A DNA stretch of 64,000 nt from Octopus bimaculoides. Taxonomy: Eukaryota. This document shows, in pieces, positions 37,655 through 52,217 of the stretch. How positions within the stretch are numbered: position 1 is the stretch's first letter; each line of letters starts with the position of its first letter. Under the pieces are notes generated by a model, which was not told the origin of the DNA, did no database searches, and saw nothing but the letters and a program-made list of their open reading frames with translations. The DNA is taken from the NCBI RefSeq assembly GCF_001194135.2, contig NC_068982.1, positions 55,470,851 through 55,534,850 of the forward strand, read 5' to 3'. The position numbers and the translations under genes were made by a program.

Positions 37655-40130
37655 CTATTGATCGCAAGTGACCCTATTATCTTGTGGGTTCCAATAGGCC
37701 AGTAGGAATTTCCCGAAATGTAAACACGGTCCAAAGACTTCTATTCTGGAGTTAAGGATGTCTCCCGGGTTGAAGGAGTCCTTTAGAATTCTCACCTGTT
37801 CCGCTATGCATAGTTTACAACGCTTGGTCCCGTTTATGTAGGGGCCTGGATTTTCTAGGATTCTCCATTCTATTGTGTATGAAATCACATCGTCTTTCAA
37901 CTGCCATACATGGCTAGCTAGTGACGTAACGTATCTCCTTTCCGGTATCCTGAAGGAGGATCTGTGGTTGGAGAGGTGTTGTTTGAATGTGCTACTGGAG
38001 CAACCGATCTATCTCTGTCGTCGAGTGTTGGTGATGCTGTGTCTGCTGGTGTTGGCGTTGCTGCTACAGCTGTTGTTGGTACTGGCACTGTTGGTGTTGG
38101 CGTCATTGGAGGAGGCGATGATATTGGTGCCATCACTACTGGTGTTGGTAATGGTGCTGTTGTTGTTATGTTGTTGTTATCATCGTCGTCACTACTGTTA
38201 TAGATATCACTGGCAATGGCTCTATTTCTATTTCCGTTAGGGAGACTGCCATTGCTGTCGTTGTTGTTATTGTTGTTGTCGCTGATGATGGTGCTGCTAT
38301 TGGGACAGTCGAGCCTGCTACTGTAGTAGCCGTTGGGGAAGCTACCGATGTTGCTGCTGCCGTTAGGGATACTGCCATTGCTGCAGTTGATATTGTATTG
38401 TTGTTACCGCTGGTTCAGTTCGTGTCTCTGTTACTGCTACTATTGGTACTGTCGTCCCTGCTACTGTAGAGGCTGTTGGAGGAGCTGCTGATGTTTCTGC
38501 TGCTATTATGGGTCGGCCAGCATCTCAGCTTCATAGACGACTCCCTTAGTTTCGCAGTGGCCTCTCACTGGGCATCTTTTGTGGTTCTTGCATGAGCATC
38601 CTGTCTCCGCCCGTGGTCTAGGGGTGCTAACTAGAATGCTCTTAATATTGGGGGAATAACTAAAAGAGACCCTAAGGTTGTACCTGTTGAAAATGGGTGC
38701 GTACCTATGTGAACGTTTGAAATGTTTATCTATTAACTTAAGGAATATCCTACCTACAGACGTTTTTAATTTAAGAGAGAAGAGGGAAAACCAAATGATT
38801 ATTCTGCGACGCTTCCTTTTACAGATGTTGGGGCACGGCATTTAGGAGATGTAGTCCCTAAATCTGTTAGCAGCTAGAGCCTCGTTATAGCAGGGGATTG
38901 TTGCATCAAAAATCTCTTGGCTAGAGGAAAGGTTCGTGATCTTCTTGCTAACACCCTTCACCAGGTTTTCGAATACAATGGATGGTGATAGGAGGCTGTG
39001 TTGAAGTACGTTAGTTTTTCATTTGGCTTGCGGTATGTACTGTATGTACTGGAGCCCAAGTCGAAGGTCTAAGAAGTCCGCGGTGGTGAGATTGGTCTCG
39101 ATGGTATCTTTCAGTCCCATGGAACCAAGTGTGCTAATTAGATCTTTCGTAAGCCTATCTAGGGTGTGCCCGTTTACTCCTCTAGAGATGGTCAGGGCGG
39201 CATCTCTGTAGTCACCAAAGAGGACAGAGGGGAACTTTTTCTTATGGGTATCAATGATATACAACCCGATGAGGTTATATACATCAGCACTGTCGTAGAC
39301 CCCCATCGCTATGTCAAAGGAGCCCGCGGGGTCAGACTGCTTGACCCAAGCCGAACCTTTATTAAACAGCACTGTTTTTCTGGCGTGCATAATGACATAT
39401 ATATCCCTGTCGTTAATGCCAAGCGCCTTGACAAGTGACCCTTTTGATATTGACGAGTAAAAATCGACTATGTCAAACTGAATGAATCTTGCTCAGCTTC
39501 TCCCCTTGTTGGTATTAAACCATGCAGTCACCTCGTTGGTGCTATACCATAAGGAAAGGTTGATGGCTCTCTCTATGTCGTTATTGATGTTTCTCAATAT
39601 ATGCTTGCTCGCTAGACCGATTTCGGATTTGGCCGGATTAATCGGGCGGCATTTAGGGTTTCTGGCAAAGTTCGATTTATAGTCTTTGATGGTAATAAAG
39701 ACGTTCCTTTTAGCTGAGATCTCTACCCTATCAGCTATATCTAAGTCGTTGGCTAATTGTTTGGCTTCACTGTTGTTGTTGTATATGTGTGGGGAAGCGC
39801 GCCTATAATTCCGTGTAATATTGTTTTCTAGCTACCTATCATAATTAAGAGTGTCTATCCTATATAGATTTTTAATCTTATGTAGGGAAATTAGGGACCT
39901 ATCCGAATTTTTTTTTTTTTTAGCAAACTAATGTCGGTACGGAGCTTACATTGGAAGACGCAAGAGAACTTATGGAATTTTAGCTTGGGAATGATGCCCA
40001 GTAGGTCCACTTCGAGGTCCTTGAGCTTGGGTGGGTATTTCCTAAATTTGATTCCTTAGGTGCTGCACTTCGGTAACTGCTTTTGGGACAACAGAGAAAA
40101 GGGAAACAACAGAACACTCCTAAAAATGTA
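37655..40130 (-). mobile_element. Near full-length Penelope-like element (Naiad-type), RT plus C-terminal GIY-YIG, decayed
   Basis: LKDLEVDLLGIIPKLKF; FDIAMGVYDSA..NLIGLY; YRDAA; IIIWFSLF; CSCKNHKRCPVRGHCETKGVVY; [Y]IGCSSSTFKQHLSNHRSSF; KRCKLCIAEQ; LNSRIEVFGPCLH. Confidence 0.92.
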
Positions 40131-40315
40131 TGTCTGTATGTCTCTGTGTGTATATGTGTGCTTGTGTGTGTGTGTTTGTGTGTGTGAGTGTGTATAAGTA
40201 TAAGTGTATATAAATATAAAGAGATTGATAAAAAAAATGTTATTGTCTCTAGGAAATCTTTCTTTCAATGCATGACTGAGCTTGACCTTGGCTTGACCAA
40301 TAGCGGTTAAAGGTA

Positions 40316-40372
<57 letters not shown>

Positions 40373-41169
40373 TTGTACTTTTTAGTGAGTCTTTGAAAAA
40401 CTGGTCATATTTTATAAAGCAAGTAAGTAAAGAAAACTTTTTAATTTAGTTTTAATTATAAAATCACATCTCTTAACAGCTAAAAGCATTTTGTTTTCAA
40501 CTTTAGAATTATTGCATATTAGCTGGCCCCGTGCCGTCAAGAATGATGGCTAATTGTAGTATTTTATATATAAATATGGATGGTAAATCAAATTAATACA
40601 CTTGTCAATGTTCACATACATTCACATTCTTCCCTTCTACACGCTCACATACACACATATACTCACACAGAGTTGAAACGCTGTTTGATTTGTCTTTTCA
40701 GCGTTGAATGTTCTCTATCGTTGAATGTTCTCTATCGAACCTTTTTTTTTTTTTTTTCATATATTTTTGGTTGTTCTGTCAAACACTTTGAAATTACTAT
40801 ATGGAAGCGGGGTAAAATTGGTAACTGGGTCAAAATAAATCATTTCTGATTTCTTGTTATTTTCTCTCATTTTGTACCATTGCATCATCTTTGGAAGTAA
40901 AATTTGGTCAGTATAAGTTATGTAGTTGGGATTAAAAATTGGTCAGTATAGTTTACATAGCTGTTGTAGCTGAGAGTTTGAAATATAGGTGACACGTACT
41001 ATTTTCAAGAAATTTTTCCTCAAATTTGACCCAATTGTAATTGAGGTAGTTAATAAAATATATGGATTATCTTTGGCGAAGAAGCTATAGTGAAGAAGCT
41101 ATAGTAAAGAACATTTTATGTTGAGCTTTTAGATTTAGTTGAGTTTCATTAATTTCATATTATACTCTT

Positions 41170-41570
41170 TACTCTTTACTCTTTTACTTGTTTCAGTCAT
41201 TTAACTGCGGCCATGCTGGAGCACCGCCTTTAGTCGAGCAAATCGACCCCAGGACTTATTCTTTGTAAACCTAGTACTTATTCTATCGGTCTCTTTTGCC
41301 GAACCGCTAAGTTACGGGGACGTAAACACACCAGCATTGGTTGTCAAGCGATGTTGGGGGACAAACACAGACACGCAAACACATATATATATATATACAT
41401 ATATACGACAGGCTTCTTCACTTTCCGTCTACCAAATCCACTCACAAGGCTTTGGTCGGCCCGAGGCTATAGTAGAAGACACTTGCCCAAGATGCCACGC
41501 AGTGGGAATGAACCCGGAACCATGTGGTTGGTAAGCAAGCTACTTACCACACAGCCACTTCTGCGCCTAT
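41170..41570 (-). mobile_element. Abundant SINE with internal (CA)n/(TA)n (other copies ~2632-3015, 8705-9120, 10150-10415, 24610-24985, 37195-37380, 52020-52570, 57390-57560)
   Basis: CTTGTTTCAGTCAT...GCCATGCTGGAGCACCGCC...GAAGACACTTGCCCAAG...CCACACAGCCAC. Confidence 0.88.
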
Positions 41571-42075
41571 TATGTGCTATTTTTCCATAAACCTCTTTCA
41601 TTTGACCAAAATATTTAAAATTTTGTTGCATTTCTGATCTCTGAGGATGGATGTTTATGTGTATGACTCGTTTTTTTCAAATTTAATTCTGGAGAACTGG
41701 AATGGTATATTCACCTTGTCTTGTTTTGCCCATTTTGCCCCGCCTAAGTTTGTCTTTTATGTTCTCAAAGAGAACAGTAATAATTTTCTGAAATAGTGTT
41801 CTGAATATGTATAGTTTTGGCAAGGTGGTGAACATTTAAAACATATATATTTTCTTCAGAGTCAAAAATCCAGTAAATATTACTCATTGTACCCCCACCT
41901 ACTCTTACTGGAAACTGTCGGGGTTTCCTCCGCTTTGTTTGTTTTTGTTTTTTTACACATTTCAAAACAATGAAGGGAAACTGTTTTAAAAGAAGAATTT
42001 TTAAAATCCATGTCGTTTAAATGTTGGTATCTCTACCCCACCTCTTTCTTTCTCCCCCCCCCCCNNNNNNNNNNN

Positions 42076-42108
<33 letters not shown>

Positions 42109-43598
42109 GCTCATCATGCCTTTGGAACGGCAACAACTACAAAAATGATTTTTTTTTTTTCTTTTTTCGTTATTTTCTTTCATTTTATCTTATTGTACAT
42201 TCTGAAACATATGTAACTCACATTAAAAGAAAATAATCTTACTCCCGCTATTCCTTCCTTCAGAACACAGAAATCACAAATAAATCCTCACTGAAATTAA
42301 GTGTAACGTATTTTCTGTTCGTTTTCCATAATTTTACTGAATTTTTCATTTCTTATCAATTTTGTAATGTACTCTGTAATGAGAATTGGAAAAAAAAAAA
42401 TCGCGAATGTTTGAAGTTTCCCAAATTGATTTCATTCTTGTCTCTTCCATATCTGACAAACATCGATTTCTATTTGCTAAACTGTAAACTATGATAAAAA
42501 TTTCTCTGGTGAACTCAAAATCTATTTCGTTAATTTAAAAGTTTCTATTTTATTCATTTGATATAAAACCGGAATGTAACGAATAATAAACAAGTTATGC
42601 TCTACTTTAGAGTGCAGTCTACCGCAGTATCCATAGTCTACACCGTGAAATAACCTGATCTGGGTTAGGGTTTAAAGTTAGAGGTCAGAGTTAGACAGCA
42701 TGCTAAAGTGGCACCTAAGTTACATCTTATATATAAAAAATGCTAATTTACATAACGTTTACAAAAAATTAGTATTGACTTTCTATCGGTTCAAGTTATA
42801 TGCTTAGCAAGATATATGCAAATACATGACTTTGAAAGTGTTTATTTGTCGTTGAAAAAAGAATTGTCCATTAGTACCGCCATTGAACAATTGTGTGAGA
42901 TGTGTCTTCAGATTTTTGTTCATTTCCAAACTTGATTTGTGGCTTAGTTAATCGAATACTGACCTATTTAACCACACACACACACACACACACACACATG
43001 TTCCTAACTCATCACTAATGCTATGTACGCTATATACACTCCCTAATAAAAATATGTTCAAATTAATGATCTAATCTTTCAGTTGAAATAGAAGTGAAAT
43101 GCAACTTGCCCTTCACATTATATAAAGGGGTTATGAGATAATTTATATATGTAGGTCACAACCTAATTGGAGTACCATACTTCCAGTTACTTTACCTCTT
43201 TTATTCATTTTAACATTCAGCTTCAGTATAGAAATACAAACCTCAGAAAAATATTTTTAGCATGACCTCTCTGTATATAAGTAAGCTCGTGAAATTTCTC
43301 TATATTTAAAAAAAAAAGAAAAAGTTTCTATCTATATTGCAAAACTTACAAGTTCTCAACAAAATCATTTACAGTATAAAATAGTTTACTGATGAATGAT
43401 CTTGCGATTCTGAAATCATATATCGCAAAATGTCATCCTGCATTTTCACACTTTCAGAATAACAATTTTTTTTTTTAAAGAGAAAAATGTATCAATATTT
43501 GATGAGCTTCACGATCCAGTTGTACGAGAATTTGATACAAAATAATATTTTATTCTATTTTATTTCCAACTAGCAGAGATATCCGGCGTTGCTCTGGA

Positions 43599-44411
<813 letters not shown>

Positions 44412-44619
44412 ATATTTTTTCAATATCTTAAACAAATAATTATATACATAGAAAACAATATACATTAATTTCTATTTTTGTAAGCAGTTGTGTGTATGTA
44501 GTACGCCTATATTTTTTGTATGCAGTGTAAAGTAACCAAATATAAGCAAATTGTAAATACTTTGCAACCTTGCAACTGCTGCGATAATTATGAACTGTTA
44601 ATGGAACGGTAGATGTGTA

Positions 44620-44645
44620 TCTATATATATAAAAATGAGAATGTG

Positions 44646-44680
<35 letters not shown>

Positions 44681-46075
44681 GTGAATCCCTAAAACTCGAG
44701 AACTACGCAACCAATTTCATTCAAATTTACACATGCCTTACTTAGGGTTCCAGTTGTGTTTTAGTCAAAAAAAATTATTAACTTATTGCAGAGTTCGAGC
44801 ACACGGCAACATAATATCTCCTCCACTATTTAAGTATTACGTGTCAAAAGTGAAACAAAAACACTCATGTCAAATACTTTCACTTTAAAAATGAAACTAT
44901 TCCACTAACTGAAACAATCACATTTCGATACTATAGTGACAGATACTTTCACAGAGAGAGAAAGAGAGAAAGAGAGNNNNNNNNNNNNNNNNNNNNNNNN
45001 NNNNNNNNNNNNNNNNNNNNNNNNNNNNNNNNNNNNNNNNNNNNNNNNNNNNNNNNNNNNNNNNNNNNNNNNNNNNNNNNNNNNNNNNNNNNNNNNNNNN
45101 NNNNNNNNNNNNNNNNNNNNNNNNNNNNNNNNNNNNNNNNNNNNNNNNNNNNNNNNNNNNNNNNNNNNNNNNNNNNNNNNNNNNNNNNNNNNNNNNNNNN
45201 NNNNNNNNNNNNNNNNNNNNNNNNNNNNNNNNNNNNNNNNNNNNNNNNNNNNNNNNNNNNNNNNNNNNNNNNNNNNNNNNNNNNNNNNNNNNNNNNNNNN
45301 NNNNNNNNNNNNNNNNNNNNNNNNNNNNNNNNNNNNNNNNNNNNNNNNNNNNNNNNNNNNNNNNNNNNNNNNNNNNNNNNNNNNNNNNNNNNNNNNNNNN
45401 NNNNNNNNNNNNNNNNNNNNNNNNNNNNNNNNNNNNNNNNNNNNNNNNNNNNNNNNNNNNNNNNNNNNNNNNNNNNNNNNNNNNNNNNNNNNNNNNNNNN
45501 NNNNNNNNNNNNNNNNNNNNNNNNNNNNNNNNNNNNNNNNNNNNNNNNNNNNNNNNNNNNNNNNNNNNNNNNNNNNNNNNNNNNNNNNNNNNNNNNNNNN
45601 NNNNNNNNNNNNNNNNNNNNNNNNNNNNNNNNNNNNNNNNNNNNNNNNNNNNNNNNNNNNNNNNNNNNNNNNNNNNNNNNNNNNNNNNNNNNNNNNNNNN
45701 NNNNNNNNNNNNNNNNNNNNNNNNNNNNNNNNNNNNNNNNNNNNNNNNNNNNNNNNNNNNNNNNNNNNNNNNNNNNNNNNNNNNNNNNNNNNNNNNNNNN
45801 NNNNNNNNNNNNNNNNNNNNNNNNNNNNNNNNNNNNNNNNNNNNNNNNNNNNNNNNNNNNNNNNNNNNNNNNNNNNNNNNNNNNNNNNNNNNNNNNNNNN
45901 NNNNNNNNNNNNNNNNNNNNNNNNNNNNNNNNNNNATTGATATACATATATATACGTGTGTTTGGGTGCGTGTGTGTATATACATCTCTATATATAAAGA
46001 TGATGCGTAGTCTAGACGGCGTTTTTAGATTTCATTATTCGCTTTAACCCGGGCAACGCCGGGTATTTCTGCTAG
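44620..46075 (+). mobile_element. Nested non-autonomous Helitron (gap inside)
   Basis: 5' TC start after A; 3' CCCGGGCAACGCCGGG hairpin + CTAG before T; absent from paralogous site near 58690. Confidence 0.88.
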
Positions 46076-46705
46076 TTTTCTATATAATTTAGACATTCAC
46101 CGTAATTGTTTTTTGTCAAGAGTTTGTGTAGATGTTTGTGTGTGTTTAATAACGTAGGTAACGGGCGCGCAAACACACACACACGTTCATATAAAAAGTG
46201 ACGATACGCACACATACACTCTCACATACAAACACATGCATATGGTAAGAGAAACATATATAGACATACATTCATGTATGTCAGTTGTCACATGTGTATA
46301 TGTATGTGTAGGTGTTTGTGTGTATGATTAATAACATACCTAACGCGGAAACACACACAGAGTCAGAGAGACATACACACACACATCCAGTCAGAGACAC
46401 GTATACACTCATATTTGTGACGTCATGGTTTGAAATGTCCTTTACTATCTTGTGCACATTGAACACTTAAGCACACACACACACAAAATTGAAAGAATAA
46501 AAGTAAAGCAATATTACACAACGGTTTTCGATGGAGGGAAAAATGTAAATAGTGAATTTCAATAGACGGAGTACAGAAAATTTAAAATAAGTAAAGTAAT
46601 GTTGTAGGGAGAACGTACAAATAGCGTGAAGACAAAGGCATTTGCGCACGACAAAATTGAAATACACTGAAGTCAATTTTCAGAGAGAGTGAGAGAGAAA
46701 GAGAG

Positions 46706-46750
<45 letters not shown>

Positions 46751-47248
46751 GTGAGTGAGTGAGTGAGTGAGTGAGTGAGAGAAATAAATATCTGTATAAC
46801 TGAAAGTGAGAAAAAGAGATAAGTGGAGAGAGAGAAAAGGGAGAGACTCGCTTGAAAACTGCAGAAGTCAAAGGAAGAGAATCGGTTGAAAACTGCGGTT
46901 TTTTGGAGACAAACCCATGTGGAAAACTTTTTTCACGGTCGGTTTGTCGCATTACGCGGGAGCTCTGGGCAAAATGTTATAGTGCATGACACAAAAGTAA
47001 TGTGTGTGTGAAGTTTGGTGAAAATCGGTTGAAAACTGTAGAAATGCATACGTATTACATATACAGACATCTTTTGTTTTATATAGAGAGAGGAAGCTTA
47101 CTGAAGTTTTTTCTCGAATACATACACTAACGTTTCACGTTTTACCATTCAGAAGAAATATGGAGAGGTTCTCAGTTGTTACGTATTTGTGCGAAGAAAT
47201 ATTCTGTCTTTGATAACCAATCTTTAATAACCAATCTTTAATAACCAA

Positions 47249-47297
<49 letters not shown>

Positions 47298-47356
47298 NNN
47301 NNNNNNNNNNNNNNNNNNNNNNNNNNNNNNNNNNNNNNNNNNNNNNNNNNNNNNNN

Positions 47357-47402
<46 letters not shown>

Positions 47403-49029
47403 ATATGTAAGCTCGAAAATTACCAATTTTTCAGTACATTTTGAAGCTAAAATTATTAATTTTCAACGCTAAATAGCACAGCAATATTAGAAAAATTAAT
47501 ATCTATTTTGTAACTGCGAAAACATGGATAAATTACCTATGAACTTTGACATGGTCGGAAATTGAAATGTCGATACAAAAGGTAGAGAAAACAGATATGA
47601 AAAGACAAATTTAAATAGAACTTTCACACATGGCAGATGGAACCTAAGCCAACTTAATTATATTTCAGAAGAAAATGGCGCCTAATAATCAAGTTAAAAA
47701 CTTGATGACTATTTCTTTGTATCATTCCATGATATTGGGAAAATAGCATACAATATACTCAGTTCTATAGCAAGTATATTCCCAGTATTGATAAGACTTT
47801 TTGCCTGTATTCACCCACAAATTCCAGACAAAAACATTTTGTGCGTAAAACTGAAGTTCATCACACAGGAATTACTGTCATGTAACCGGTGTTCATAACC
47901 TTCGCAGTTTACTGTTTTTCCTGTCATGTGATACCTGAGGATAGTAAGTTCTGTTGTTTTCAATAGCTACAAGATCGCCTACGGTCATAAAAAAAAATCA
48001 AAAGATTACAGAGTGTGGGGAGGGAGCAAAAACTGTGAAAACTTACATTTTGAAAAATTGTAATGTATGATGTTTAATGTATGAATACAAAGATATTTAA
48101 AAAAGACAAAAATAAGAAAGTTGTGGGAAGTGAGAGGGAGTAAGAATTTAAAATTTTGAAAAAACAATTTTTTTTGTTTCAGATTGTAATTTCAGTTGCT
48201 TGAATCAGCAAAACTAAATAAATAATTAATCTTTGGTTTTAGGTGCAGATATTTGTACCTAAAACTAGCGCCAGCAAATAAAGAAAACAAAATTTATTTT
48301 ATCGCTGACTGCATACTCCAAAAGGGAGGACATGAGCTGAAAACAATGTAACAAATACACTATTATGCACCAAATAAATGGCAGGAGAAAAATAATAGTT
48401 AAAATGATCTTTATTTTAACGTTACAATATAAGAAACAACTCCTTCGAGTAGTTTTACAAAGATTAGTTGAAGTTCAATTATCTGTTTCTAAGGTAGCTG
48501 TTTTCATCTTGCGTTGACTGCTAGAAGACGGATGGAAGAAGGGGAGAGAAACAGTAATAGAATTTATCTCACTGGGTTAACGAGTAGAGAGGCTGGACGT
48601 TGTATGTTCCCTTGGTGACATGTCATTACCGAAATGTTCCTTTGACCAGACACCAGATGCAAGAGAGAGAACTGAATTTGGTCCTATTTATATTTTCCTA
48701 CTAAACAAGAGATTTTTCATTTGTTATCTGCTTTGAATTAAATTTGATGCGAGATTGTCACGTGTTAATAGTTGACTCTCATAAATTTCTTAGTGCTAAT
48801 GCTGAAATAATTGGAAGGTACTCATAGAAAAATCTAGTCTGGATTTGGAATCATGGCTAAGAATCCAGGAAGTGCTTCTCTTCACACCGATGTGCACGGT
48901 ATTTACTGTTTTGACTCTTGAACAAAATACAATTGTAAACTTATTCTCCACCCCGACCTATCTTTGAAGGTGAATTTATAGATGGGGAAATAGTCTTTAA
49001 AACTGCCTTCTCTCATACCAATGTTGCAT

Positions 49030-50900
49030 TTTGTTTTCCTCTAGAAGGCTGTTACCTTCACTTTGTAGATTATTGCTTTCATAAAACATTTTCCAGTTGC
49101 TTTCTTTGTTTTGATATTGTCTTCGGCTTCTTGAATATTGTTCTGACTATCTCCCAACATACCCGTATTATTATGATGCTGGTGTTTTTTATACTACTAC
49201 AACAGACTAAACTTTGTTTTTCCTTTTTTTTAGTACTTTGTAACTGAATAGGGCATATTTTTTTGTTAGGTCTAATACATTTATTGCCATAATTGATAAT
49301 ACATTTTTGCCGAAAGGTGTGTTAAACCATTTAATGTATTAGTTTGTTGCTCATGTTTGGGTAAGAAGCTCATACTTTTCTTTAAACTAGTCTTTTTTTA
49401 ATGTAGTATTATAACTGACAACCTTTTTGAAAGTTTTTCTCTTTAAAGATGCATTAAATATTCTACTTAGGCTGCTAATTAAATGTCTAAATATATTGGG
49501 AGGTTGATAAGAATCTGTAAGGACCGTGAGATCTGGAGAAGGTGGCGAGGAATGGCTCCTTTAGTACGTCGCACTGTCGATACAAATAGAAACATGAAAA
49601 GAGGATAAATAAATATAAGTGCCAGAAGGAAAAGAGAGACACAACCGGTAGAAGGTTTTAAGAGGAGATCTTATTGATATGTCAACATGTATGTCTGTGT
49701 GTGTGAGTGCGACATATAAACATTAGTAGACAGGCCGTCATGTAAACAAAGTGTATGTATATACAAACATGGATATACGTGTGCGAGAAATGCAGAGCAT
49801 AGGAAAGAGTCTACAATGAAGTTAGAAGAACGTCCAGATACAAGGATGATAAATACCAATTCATATTCAAGGTACACAGTGGTTGAGGTGCTGTAACAAG
49901 AAGTTGAGACCGCGTAGCAGAGCCGGGGAGAGGCACATGTCGTGAGAGGTCGTGGCTTCAATGCTGCTGCCGGTTACTTGGTACAGGAGTTCTCGCAGGT
50001 TGTATTTGCTGTTAGCCATGGTGAAGTAATTCGCAGTGTGGAGATAGAACCTGTGCGAGTGCTGTTGGTTGCTGTGTACGTAGCAAGAAGTTGTTGTTGA
50101 CGTTAAGTAGATGGAGGCGACGAAGATGGAGATAGCCGTATGCTGTTGGTTGTGTGTTGAGTCTCCATGTGGTTGCTGTGGTGTCGTCGTTGGAACTGGC
50201 TGTGTACTCTGTGGTCAGTGGCTAGACCGCAGAAAGTCTGGAGCCGAGAAGACTGACAAAATGTGACGGTGAGAGGCTAGCTATTTATAACATACTGTTG
50301 GCTCAAACTGAGGTTCAGAAAAGACTGTCTCACGCGACCTTATCTGAAGGCTGCATCTTGGCGCGCAATAGAACAGGAGACAAATTGCGCCAATACCAAC
50401 CAATCAGAGTTTGATTGGTCAGAGTGGTGGACACAACAGGGTCCAAAGGTGCGGCCGAAGGCTAGCTGTTATCTACTACGTCCGTATTCAAGTTTATATA
50501 ACAAAGAGAGAAAGAAGTATCCCTTAAGGCGTGCGTTACAAATCTTATGTTCTCGTTCAGCTTTGTATATAGTTGGTATTTACTGATCTATCATAACTAA
50601 GGAGTTAACTATGCCTATGTTGGTGTTGACGGCAACATCAAGTTTAAATTCCTTTATGTGCTAATTAAGTCTTTCCTACACTTATCTAATATATAGATGT
50701 TTGTACAAGACTGCAAGGTCATTAACTATGAGAAAGAAATTTGGTACAAGGATACTGTGGAAAACTGTCTGGAAGATCGTTTCTGTTCGGACCGAGCAGG
50801 CTTTATCCGTCTCCTTTTTAACACCAAAAGGGTTGTTGTGGAAGTTGATTAGTCGCTTGTATCGAGGTAGTCAATAACAATATATTGTGAACGTCTGAGG
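49030..50900 (-). mobile_element. Highly decayed Penelope-like fragment interrupted by a solo LTR
   Basis: IKWFNTPFGKNV and GKCFMKAIIYKVKVTA on minus strand; IDYLD-like piece near 50860. Confidence 0.55.
49516..50540. mobile_element. Solo LTR (1025 bp) with 4-bp target duplication
   Basis: TGTAA...TTACA termini flanked by AATC (49512-49515 and 50541-50544); homologous to 50991-51567 and 22013-22346. Confidence 0.75.
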
Positions 50901-50990
50901 CACCATTGTCACAATGGATAGCCTTTTCGCCATTGTTGTGGTGTGCTTGTTGGTAATGTATTATAGTGATGTGGAATGTTTAAAAGAGGG

Positions 50991-51567
50991 TGTAAGAACG
51001 ACCGTGCGAACCCAAAAGGAGAAATGGTGACGAATGGAAAAACAGGGCTCCTTTTATTAAACGCGTCACATGGTCGAACACAAAAATATATCAAATGATA
51101 TACATATGTTATACTTCGATAACATAGTGAATTCGTAAATGGCCAGTAAGGAAGACGATAGAACACAACCGATTAAGATGAATAACCGTAATATTTATTG
51201 TAGCATAAAAATGTATGTCTGTGTGTGAGTGTGAATGCGACATAATGAAAACACAATAAAAGACAGGCCGTCGTGTAAAGAAAAGTGTGTGTGTAAGTGA
51301 TACATGTATGTGTATGCGTGAGATACAGCAGATAGAAAAAGAGTCAGTAACACATATAAGAATTTGCCAGTTCTTAGAGTACACAATAGTAACAGTCTGT
51401 ATGTAAGAAGTTGAGGCGTGGGTAATTCTTGAAAATCTGAGAAGCCATATCACGCCTCGCTGATTGGCCGATTTAGAGATCACTCACGTGAAACAAAGGT
51501 AGCTCACTCGTGATGCCTAACCGAGTATCTAGCGGTTAGGGTTCGAATCACTATAGGGTCATTGACA
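50991..51567 (+). mobile_element. LTR of related family preceded by a polypurine-tract-like sequence
   Basis: TGTAAGAACGACCGTGCGAAC start, TGACA end, AAAAGAGGG immediately 5'; no TSD found. Confidence 0.6.
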
Positions 51568-52182
51568 CTACACTACTTCCTTTGACTTTGCCATTAAAAA
51601 AGAAAAAGAGAGAGAGAGAAAAAAAGGTACTAAGCATGGCTGTGTGGTAAGAAGTTTGCTTCCCAACCACATGGTTCCTGGTTCGGTCTCACTGCGTGCC
51701 ACCTTAGGCTAGAGTCTTTTACAGATCTTTACCCCAAAAGTTATTTTTTAAATGTGTCGGCCAAAGGGTAAAGATCCATCTTTTACTATAGTCTTGGGCC
51801 GATTAAAGCCTTGTGAGTGGATTTCGTAGATGGAAACTGAAAGAAACCCGTCATATATATATATATATATATATATAATAGCAGGTTTGTCTCCCATATT
51901 AATTGACGACCGGTTACGCAAAAATGGATAAAATAAGTACCAAACTTCAGGAAAAAAATCGATCAAAAATCCTTCAAGGCGGTGCCCTAAAATAGCTGCA
52001 GTCTAATGACTCCAGCAATTGGGTGTGTGGTAAGTAGCTTGCTTACGAACCACATGGTTCCGGGTTCAGTCCCACTGCGTGCCACCTTGGGCAAGTGTCT
52101 TCTACTATAGTCTCGGGCCGAACAAAGCCTTGTGAGTGGATTTGGTAGACGGAAACTGAAAGAGGCCCGTCGTATATATGTG

Positions 52183-52217
<35 letters not shown>

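Noticed and set aside
37918-38378. Mucin-like Thr/Pro/Ala-rich ORFs as a host gene
   Set aside because: Alternative frames of the low-complexity spacer inside the PLE endonuclease.
38415-38425. In-frame TGA in the PLE spacer as selenocysteine
   Set aside because: It lies in a decayed low-complexity region with other lesions, and no SECIS was recognised.
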